IMG/VR virus record: IMGVR_UViG_3300026081_000002
DNA: 20,000 bases
Direction: 5' to 3' (one strand)
Source: an uncultured virus (IMG/VR IMGVR_UViG_3300026081_000002)
Lineage: Duplodnaviria > Heunggongvirae > Uroviricota > Caudoviricetes
The position numbers and the translations under genes were made by a program. The first letter of the stretch is position 1, and each line of letters opens with the position of its first letter. The notes under the pieces are model-generated. The model saw nothing but the letters and a program-made list of their open reading frames with translations. It did not search any database and had not been told where the DNA came from. This document shows, one piece after another, positions 9,131-17,500 of this stretch.

Positions 9131-10020
9131 AAAGAAGAGTTATATTCACAATCTATATTGATATTCCAGAGCACTTACTCGATGAATCTGGTTATTCTAG
9201 ACATGCAAATGTAAATAGACATAGGGCAAATAGAGCAGGTGAAACTAAGGATAAACTAAGTGTTTATAAAAACAAACTTATGTGGACACAAAAGAATTAT
9301 GCAGACATATGTGATGCAGACTATAAGATATTCATAAACAACAAGCAGTGGGTAGACTATTATCTCTCAATGAAGAAAGTTCATGAAGGACTTCCTATGT
9401 ATCATATTGTTAACTATTATAAGCATCATCTACTATATGAATTATCAAAAGACTATGATGAGGTTTTTTATGTAGATCTAGATATTATCCCGGTCACAGA
9501 AGAAAACGTATTTGAAGAGCATGACTTATCATACTTTTGGGCTAAGAATAATAATGAGTTAGCTGAGTGGGGAAAAAGATTTGACTTGTCAAAGTATGAT
9601 AGTTGTGATAGGAATCCTGCAATTAAATATTGGAACTGCTATGCACTATTACTTCAGGAAGGATTTGAACCAGAAAATGATGTTATTAATACTGGAACTA
9701 TGTTAGGTGGAAGAGAAGTTCTTCAAGAAATAAACTGGCCTGAAAAGTTTCCGATCATGGTAGAAAAGTTAAAGAAGCTACAAGATGATGATGAGACTAT
9801 GTTTCCTCCAGCACTCCATAGTAGGTTTGCATTTGACAATGAAACAATGACAAGTTATCTTGTCAAATCAGAAAATTTTAAATATGCAAGTCTTTCAGAT
9901 GAGTGGCACGGTAGATTACCAGACAATGGAATTGATCCTAATCATAAAATCATTCATGCTATTAATAAAAGGTTTGAATTTATTTGGCCTGACGTAAATT
10001 TTGAAGGAAGAAAGTTTTAA
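9127..10020 (+). CDS. Putative nucleotide-diphospho-sugar transferase (GT-A; GT8/GT34-like)
   Basis: ATGA overlap. NYADICDADY, NYYKHHLL, VFYVDLDI (DxD), INTGTM, DNET, EWH and IIHAINK. Confidence 0.7.
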   Translation: MKRRVIFTIYIDIPEHLLDESGYSRHANVNRHRANRAGETKDKLSVYKNKLMWTQKNYADICDADYKIFINNKQWVDYYLSMKKVHEGLPMYHIVNYYKHHLLYELSKDYDEVFYVDLDIIPVTEENVFEEHDLSYFWAKNNNELAEWGKRFDLSKYDSCDRNPAIKYWNCYALLLQEGFEPENDVINTGTMLGGREVLQEINWPEKFPIMVEKLKKLQDDDETMFPPALHSRFAFDNETMTSYLVKSENFKYASLSDEWHGRLPDNGIDPNHKIIHAINKRFEFIWPDVNFEGRKF

Positions 10021-10691
10021 TGCAGATACATTTATTTCGTATAGGAAATAAGTATGGGCCAGAATATGAAATATATCTCAATAAAAAATTAAAAGAATAC
10101 AATGTAGTTTGGCATCGCGAAGCTTTTGATAAGAGAGTTGCTCTTCAATGGAACAAGATGCTGTGCATGAATCTTGATATTGATGAACCTATTGTGGTTA
10201 TGGATATAGATCTCATACTATTGAATAATTATCAAGATCTATTAGAGTATAAAATAGAAAGAGGCCAGTTTCTTGGTATGGCAAGCTGGTGGGGTTCACC
10301 TCCGAGTCATATTCTGAACGGAGGTTTTTTTAAATATTATCCAAAAGACTGCAAATATATTTATGATAAATTCATGAAAAAAATTAGTTATTGGCAGCAG
10401 CACTATATTCTTAAAAGAATAACTGTAGGTCCAGTAAACGGAGAGCAGTTTTTTGTAGAAGATTCTGTTAATGAGAATCTAGATCTCATAACATTTCCTT
10501 CAAAGTGGGCGACAAGATGGACACAGGATCCTAAGACCAATAGAGGAATATCTAGAAGATATGCTAGGTATTTTCATACTCCTCTACAGATACAGTCAAA
10601 TATATTTAACAATGACATAAAGCTCATTCATTTCACACATTCTTTAAATAAACCTCATGAATCGGAGATGTTTGCGCATCTCTACGACTAG
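10020..10691 (+). CDS. Putative GT-A fold glycosyltransferase (GT8-like)
   Basis: TAATG overlap. IGNKYGPEY, QWNKM, VVMDID (DxD), LNGGFF, GEQFFV, LIHFT...KPH. Confidence 0.75.
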   Translation: MQIHLFRIGNKYGPEYEIYLNKKLKEYNVVWHREAFDKRVALQWNKMLCMNLDIDEPIVVMDIDLILLNNYQDLLEYKIERGQFLGMASWWGSPPSHILNGGFFKYYPKDCKYIYDKFMKKISYWQQHYILKRITVGPVNGEQFFVEDSVNENLDLITFPSKWATRWTQDPKTNRGISRRYARYFHTPLQIQSNIFNNDIKLIHFTHSLNKPHESEMFAHLYD

Positions 10692-10696
10692 TTTTG

Positions 10697-10704
10697 TATA
10701 AATA
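10697..10704 (+). promoter_or_regulatory. T4-type late promoter TATAAATA (near-copy TATAAATC at 10706)
   Basis: Exact consensus in the only sizeable intergenic gap, directly after the last GT and upstream of the structural genes. Confidence 0.8.
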
Positions 10705-10711
10705 CTATAAA

Positions 10712-10737
10712 TCTTAGAGTTTCGAAACTCTTTGAGA
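10712..10737 (+). other. Hairpin containing the perfect 16-bp palindrome AGAGTTTCGAAACTCT (10716-10731)
   Basis: TCTT-AGAGTT-TCGA-AACTCT-tt-GAGA; the stem extends across a 2-nt bulge with one G-U pair. Lies at the expected 5' end of the late transcript. Confidence 0.6.
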
Positions 10738-10764
10738 AGACTCATATCGCTAGGAGTAGAAAGA

Positions 10765-11154
10765 ATGGCGCAGTACGAAGATCTCATTGTCGATCAAGGC
10801 AGTGATGTCGAGATAAAACTCGAGTTATTTAATCCTGATGGATCACAAAAGATATTGAATAAGTTCAATATTGTTACGCAGACGTTAGAACCTATGTTCA
10901 ACGCTTCAGGTAAAATCAAAAAATCATTTAATTCAAAAGATTCGGATTCTATTTCGTTTGGTGCATCTACTATTTCACCTTCAAACGCAGAGAATGAGTT
11001 GTATTTAAGTTTAACTAATACCGTAACTGATGCTATGAAATCAGGTAGGTATGTTTATGATGTAGAAATCTCCGCAACAGACAGTTTTGGTGTCACCACA
11101 ATAGAAAGAATACTTGAAGGAAAGCTTACGGTTTCACCTTCAGTTACGAAGTAG
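10765..11154 (+). CDS. Conserved phage virion protein (baseplate/BppU N-terminal-like, DQG family)
   Basis: Start better placed at ATG 10765 (AGGAG at 10752). MAQYEDLIVDQGSD...LSLT...T..MKSGRYVYDVEI...RILEGKLTVSPSVT. Confidence 0.75.
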   Translation: MAQYEDLIVDQGSDVEIKLELFNPDGSQKILNKFNIVTQTLEPMFNASGKIKKSFNSKDSDSISFGASTISPSNAENELYLSLTNTVTDAMKSGRYVYDVEISATDSFGVTTIERILEGKLTVSPSVTK

Positions 11155-11155
11155 A

Positions 11156-11458
11156 ATGGCTGAAATAAAAGTAGTATCTGGTAGAACAATAATAAAAAAG
11201 ATTACCGTCGGCGTTCCAGTCAGAGCGGTTAAGTCTTTTGCTATTAGTACAGATATAGGTTCTCTTAATAATGTTACTGTGGCTGGTGGTAGATTTAGAG
11301 ATGGATTTGTTCTATCTTTTGACAGTGAAAATCAAGAATTTAGAGCTGACGGCATATTAAACCTACAAAGATTGGATGGAGGAGATTCATTTGGATTAGA
11401 CTCACTACCTCCAGGAACAATCACACCACCTATTACATATAGTAAGGCTCAGAACTAA
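11156..11458 (+). CDS. Small fiber-associated virion protein
   Basis: Start better placed at ATG 11156, one base after the upstream TAG. IKKITVGVP, IGSLNNV....DGFVLSFD and LDGG motifs typical of phage fiber segments. Confidence 0.6.
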   Translation: MAEIKVVSGRTIIKKITVGVPVRAVKSFAISTDIGSLNNVTVAGGRFRDGFVLSFDSENQEFRADGILNLQRLDGGDSFGLDSLPPGTITPPITYSKAQN

Positions 11459-14400
11459 TGGCATCATTAATTCAAATAAAAAGATCGCAGACCCAAATTA
11501 CACCGGGTAGTTTAAGAGTAGGTGAATTAGCTTACTCAATGACTGATAGCGGTCTTAAACTTTATATAGGTGCTGGTAGTCCTGATTCGTTTCAAATGGC
11601 TGACAGTGTTCAGTCAATTGGTGGTCGATTTTATACAAAAAGATTAGATGTAGATAGTTTAGGAATATCTGAACCGGGTAAGTATCTTCTCCTAGGTGAT
11701 TCAAGAAATGTAAATTATTTAAAATTAGACTCCGGTGATGTTAATCAATTAAGAATATCAAACAATCTAGTTGTACCTGTAGGGACTGATTCACAAAGAC
11801 CTGTACCTTCTGCACTTGGACAAATTAGATTTAACACCACACAAACAACCTTTGAAGGATATGATGGAGTAGCATGGGGATCTTTAGGTGGTGTAAAAGA
11901 CGTTGATCAAGATACATTTATTCTTGCAGAAACAAGTCCAGGTGCTGATAACGACGACTTACAGTTCTTTACAAAAGGAATAATGAGGATGCAGATAACA
12001 GACAGTGGTTCTGTTATCCTTCCTCCTGACTATGTTCCAGATAGTCAGATGTCGATCGTTAATAAACAATATGTCGATAACGTTAAAGCCGGGTCTCCAT
12101 TAGATAGTGACTGGACTGATGGTGCTTATATGCACTTTAAAGATAGTAATAGAGTTACTGACGTTTTAGATGGTTTAAACGAAGCACTTAACAACGTAAG
12201 AAATAACTGTTTCGTAAGAGAATTTACTTTTGTAGCAGTACCTGATAGAGGTGGAGAAGGATTCACTACAACTCTTAATTTTACTATGGACGGTCAACCT
12301 AATAGATACACTATTGACTGGGGTGATAGTTCACAAACTGTAGCTACACCAGATGCTACTCCTTCTCATACATATACAAATGCATTAAAAAGTCCAGCAA
12401 CTGTTACAGTAAGAGCATTCAATACTAATGCAGTTGGAACTGGTCACGAGGCCTTTAGAACAAATAAAGATTATATCATTATATACACAGCAGATCCTAC
12501 TGCAGACTTTGAACTATATAGAACTGCGCAAGGAGGAACTGCTCTTACAGGAAATGATGTATACGTAATTGAAGGTCAATCTCTATATCTTAAAAATACA
12601 TCTACAAATACACAGGTTGCAAATAAAGCTGGACCGGCCCTGGTACAATATAACATGGAGTGGGCGGATGGCACTGTACTTGTTGATATTCCTAGTGATA
12701 GTGCGTCAGGTGGTGTAATTGGAACAAGACTACTACATAACTGGGGAGGCGGAACGAATACCGGAACTGGAAGAGATAACCTCATCTTGACAATGGACTC
12801 ACACAGTACAGCAGACCCTGCAGTTATTCCTCAAACAAAAACAGAACTATTAAAAGTCTATAATCCTAACATTGCTGCACCTGCAGGATTAAGTACAAAA
12901 ACTATAACCTTTGTTGATAATATAGGATCAAGTCCTAAGCTAGCAGCGAACTGTCCATCTAACATTCCATCAGGACAAGTTGTAGCTGCTGGTGATACAG
13001 TGTTAAGAACAGATAAAGTTACTGGAAATATTGAGTGTACACCTAACACATCTTTTGCGCACAGCGCAGGTTCTGGTGTGTTATCAGCTCAATTTAATAA
13101 TGCAGCTGACGGACAAGTTACAATGGATGGGACAGATAAGACCGGCACATACACAAGTTTAGCTTACGGTCAGCATACAGACATGAATCTTTTTGATCAG
13201 AACGGTGACTCAACATCATTCGCTACAAGCATATATCACCCAGGACTATATCATGGATTCAAAGCATCTGTTAGAAAGAACGCTGCAACTGTTCCGTTTG
13301 GTGTTAACAATATATTCTTAAAACACAGTACAACTGGTGAAACTAATAAACTTGAGTTTGTAAAAGATGACGTAACACTTAGGCCAACAATGAACTCTGC
13401 TGGTAATATTGCGCAAGGAAATGCAGGTCAGTTCAGATACATCAGTGGAATACCATACTATAATTCTGGAGCTCCTACGCTTACGCTATCTGGTCACACG
13501 ATAAGTGATTGGATAGGAAAAACCTACAAGGATACTTCTCAGGTTTTACAGATACGTAGTGGAACAAATCATGAAGGAAGTACAGGTACAGCAATAGGGG
13601 GAGATCAACACTATTCATACGCAGCAATAGACGGAACACCTACTTATTTAAGCAGTGGTATACCTATTGCTGACACAGGAAATGGGTCTACATATAACTT
13701 AGGAAACATAACTATTAATATTAATACTGGAAACGTTAGGACTGTAGAGCAGTTAAGAATGAGAGCTCAAAACGTAAATGGATACGGTAACTACGTCAAT
13801 ATTCCTGAAAAAATATCTGTTCATACTATTAATCAGTATGGAATAAGTGAGATAGCAGTAAGCGTTTCAAATAGTCTTGGAGAACAGTATTCTGATGATG
13901 GAGTACGTATTTTCGATCTCGCCTCAGAAATTATAAATACTCCTAACTATAACAGTGCAACTAACTTTTATACAAATAATATATACACTGAAAATTCAGA
14001 CCCTGGAATAGTTGGAACGAAAGAAGCTTCAGTAAGACTAGGAATAATAAAACACGATGTTACTGACTACAGTACAGGTTTTCTTCCAGTAGGACCAAAC
14101 AGAAGTGGAGATACTGGAACACAATACTTTACGATGGCATGGCGAAGAAGAGCAACAGCAAACTTTAATATTAACATAACAAGTCCTAGTGGAGTTGCTG
14201 CAGTTCACATAGCTGCACCTGGAACAGCAATCGACACTACTAGTGGAAACAATGGGTGGTTAGATTGTGAATTACAATACAATGGTTCTGGAGTTCCAGG
14301 TTCAAATATAGGTGCAGGTGGTAATGGAAGTAATGGTTGTGCATTTACGGGAGCAGACAAAATTGCACCTAATGTAGCACTTAACGGATCTTATACTATG

Positions 14401-14502
14401 ACTTTAGGAACAGAAAACTTAACAAATGCTACTGGTAATGTATGTTTAGTGAGAATAGCATTAACGGCAAATCAAACAATAACAGCGTTGAGCATTTCAT
14501 AG
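11458..14502 (+). CDS. Tail fiber/virion appendage protein with PKD-like domains
   Basis: TAATG overlap. N-terminal IQIKRS...PGSLRVGELAYS attachment motif; PVGTDSQRP...GQIRFNT....FEGYDG.AWGSLGGVKDVDQDT fiber module; NKQYVD; PKD-like YTIDWGD...SHTY and MEWADG; T/G/N/S-rich. Confidence 0.75.
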   Translation: MASLIQIKRSQTQITPGSLRVGELAYSMTDSGLKLYIGAGSPDSFQMADSVQSIGGRFYTKRLDVDSLGISEPGKYLLLGDSRNVNYLKLDSGDVNQLRISNNLVVPVGTDSQRPVPSALGQIRFNTTQTTFEGYDGVAWGSLGGVKDVDQDTFILAETSPGADNDDLQFFTKGIMRMQITDSGSVILPPDYVPDSQMSIVNKQYVDNVKAGSPLDSDWTDGAYMHFKDSNRVTDVLDGLNEALNNVRNNCFVREFTFVAVPDRGGEGFTTTLNFTMDGQPNRYTIDWGDSSQTVATPDATPSHTYTNALKSPATVTVRAFNTNAVGTGHEAFRTNKDYIIIYTADPTADFELYRTAQGGTALTGNDVYVIEGQSLYLKNTSTNTQVANKAGPALVQYNMEWADGTVLVDIPSDSASGGVIGTRLLHNWGGGTNTGTGRDNLILTMDSHSTADPAVIPQTKTELLKVYNPNIAAPAGLSTKTITFVDNIGSSPKLAANCPSNIPSGQVVAAGDTVLRTDKVTGNIECTPNTSFAHSAGSGVLSAQFNNAADGQVTMDGTDKTGTYTSLAYGQHTDMNLFDQNGDSTSFATSIYHPGLYHGFKASVRKNAATVPFGVNNIFLKHSTTGETNKLEFVKDDVTLRPTMNSAGNIAQGNAGQFRYISGIPYYNSGAPTLTLSGHTISDWIGKTYKDTSQVLQIRSGTNHEGSTGTAIGGDQHYSYAAIDGTPTYLSSGIPIADTGNGSTYNLGNITININTGNVRTVEQLRMRAQNVNGYGNYVNIPEKISVHTINQYGISEIAVSVSNSLGEQYSDDGVRIFDLASEIINTPNYNSATNFYTNNIYTENSDPGIVGTKEASVRLGIIKHDVTDYSTGFLPVGPNRSGDTGTQYFTMAWRRRATANFNINITSPSGVAAVHIAAPGTAIDTTSGNNGWLDCELQYNGSGVPGSNIGAGGNGSNGCAFTGADKIAPNVALNGSYTMTLGTENLTNATGNVCLVRIALTANQTITALSIS

Positions 14503-14511
14503 GAATCAAGA

Positions 14512-17500
14512 ATGGCGATTAATGACAATCAAAAATTAGACTGGTTATGGAAGAAGCTCGGTTATAACGTAGCAAAAACTGACGTTAACTCTCAGAAAAA
14601 CGCTACGAACGAGAACATTCCAAGTCCACTTCTTATGAGAGGTGATAACCTCTGGACTGACGCTTTATTCATTCCTTCTACCTTTCCAGGAGCTTCTACA
14701 CGAGTTGTAAAAATATATGATGATTCTGGTAACGGTGCATCTACTGTTGAAACAACAATGGATACTACCGCCACTTCTAACAGAACATGGAAAACTGGAG
14801 TTGGTGACTGGATTCCACCACAGTTTGGATCAACATATCAAGTAAAAGTTTACTTGGATGTTTCCGGTGCTGCTGCCCCTCAGTCAACAGGTACTCAGTT
14901 ATTTGCTGCTGGTTCAGGTAATAATGACGAATGGTACTTTGACTATGATGCTGGTGTACTTAATTTTATAGGTGACAACTTACCCGGAGGAATGTCTGGT
15001 AAAGTCATATATATTGTCGGCGCTGCCTACATCGGTAAAAAAGGAAACAACTTTAAGGTTATAAACGCCGACTCTGCTAAGATTGGTCACATGTTTGCCG
15101 ACTCAGTCGATATTCATATGGCTGATATTGTAACTGCATATATCGACTCAGCTGATATTATACATGCCTTTATAGACTCTGCAAGAATTGATATAGCAAG
15201 AATTGATTCAGGTATAATCACAGATCTTGTTGCAACAACAGGATATATAAGTCAACTTTCAGCTGACAGCGCAAACATAACTAATTTAACTACAAGTAAG
15301 CTATACGCTCCACTTATTCAAGGTCCTGGTGAGATTATAATTGACCCACTCTCTTACAGAGAGTCAGACGGTTCCGGTAATATAACTGATAGTGGAAGAA
15401 GTGGTCAACTTACTATACTAGGAAACCTTCAGGTAGAAGGTACACAAACTGTAGTAAATTCTACAGTCGTAACAGTTAATGATAAAAATCTTGTACTAGG
15501 TGATTCTTCTCAGAGTGCTACCATGTCAGATGGTGGTGGTATTATATTAGACTTAGGAAACGATGGTACAGCAGAAATAGTATATAGGTCAGTTGGTGAC
15601 AAGTGGGAGCTCAATAAACCTCTTCATGTTGGTCATCTAGATGCTGATTCTGCAAACGTAAGATCTTTTTCTTCTGACTCTGCAGTAATTGAAAGAGGCC
15701 ACATAAAACAATTTACTGCTGATTCTGGATTTCTTTCTAGAATAGATATTGACTCAGGATTTGCAAATAATTTTAATATTGATTCATCTAAAATCCAAAA
15801 CGCCACTATTGAAAAAATCCTTACAGTTGGCGGCACTGGTAAATTTGAGTTTATAGATGCTGATTCTGCTCATATAAGAAGCTTAAGAGTTAATAACTTT
15901 AAACTTCTAGGTGTTGATTCATTTAGATTCCTTATGATTGACAGTCAAGGAAATATGAACACCGATAATAACTTTACTGCAAATAAAACTATCGCCAATT
16001 TTTACCAAGGTGGAATGACGATTAACTCGCAAGGTGCAGTTACAGTCGGAAAGAGTATAACACTACCAACAACTACGATTGATTCGAGTGGCATCACCAC
16101 ACCAATGATCAATACAGACAGGATGACACTGACTTCACTTCAGCCTGGTATGATACTTCATGGTGGAGCTCAAGACTCTTTCTCAATGTCAAATGAGATA
16201 ACATTTAAAGCATCACCTTCCAACTTTACGAGTGTTGATGGGTTTAATGTTAGCTTTGAGCCTGTACAGGATTCTGGTTACTATAACTTTAATGTTGATC
16301 AACAGACAGGAAGGATATTAGGTAAAGGTGGATTAAAGATTGGAAGATTTAATAATGATCCAGTAGGACAGTATATTCAAAACTATCCTTATAACAAAGG
16401 TGCAAACACTAGAACATTTTTTGGAATTGATCTAGAACTAGACTCAGGTAAGCTTGTATCTACTGCCTACAGAAATATATTTAAGTCTCCAAAATCTACA
16501 AGTATGCCAAACACTGATAGCTTTGATGTTATCGATGTTATGAGTCTCGAAGACAGCATGCTCTTTCAGGTTAAAGCGGACGGATCTATTAACTTTTCTG
16601 GTAATATTCTAAAAAATGGTCAGATCTTTAGTGGCGGTGGTATTTTTACGAAAGATGAACCAAGCGGAGATGCTTTCTATTATCCTCTGCCATCGATACT
16701 TGATCCTACACTCAATCCAGGAGTTGCTCAAACTAAAAACATGTTTGGGTTCGGTCGTGTTTCTCTTAACTCACCTGAACCAAAATACAATTTTAGTGTT
16801 GATGGAACTTTTGCTTCAAAAGGATTTATAGATTCTTCAAAAGCTGAGTATGTACTTGTTCCCGGATTTGAGAATGGTGGAACAGTCTTTGCTGATGATT
16901 CTGATAAAGCTAGGATGTTCTTCATTCCTACATCAGGTATGCTTCGAGCAGGTGTACAAGATAGTATAGGAATGAACAGAGCCAATATGGGAATGTTCTC
17001 TATTGGACTCGGTTATAAACCACAGGCACTAGGAAAAAGCTCTATTGCAATGGGTTGGGGATCAAAGGCTCTCGGTGAACATTCAATCGCGATCGGTCAT
17101 AAGAATACAACAGGAAATAGTGTCAATACTGGTGGAATCGTAATTGGTATTGAAAATAGACTGGATTCTATTGCAGGTCAGGCTCAAGACGCCATTGGGA
17201 TAGGTATAGTCAACAGAGTTAAAGGTGATAGAGCTAAGATAATTGGCGGCAATAATATGATTGCTGGACAAGAAGCTGGTATCTTTGGTGACCAAAACGT
17301 TATGGGAGATTCAGCAAGCACCACAAGTACAGGTAACGCTGCTGGATCTTATATAATTGGTAATCTTAACACAGTCGGAAAAGCGGGTGGTGCTTTTGTT
17401 ATGGGATTCTCCAACACTCTCACTAACAATGCAAACGCTTCTTATACAATTGGTAATAATAATATTATGGACGCAACTGGAGGAATCACCCTCGGTACTC

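Noticed and set aside
6435..10691. Cassette as a DNA hypermodification (glucosyl-hmC-type) system
   Set aside because: No nucleotide-modification genes in the window, no DNA methyltransferase catalytic motifs (DPPY/NPPY/PC) recognised, and the context is late and structural. Disfavoured but not excluded.
13932..13939. Third TATAAATA match
   Set aside because: Deep inside CDS 11458 (encodes IINT), about 570 nt from the next start. Could be an internal late promoter, but chance occurrence in AT-rich DNA is plausible.
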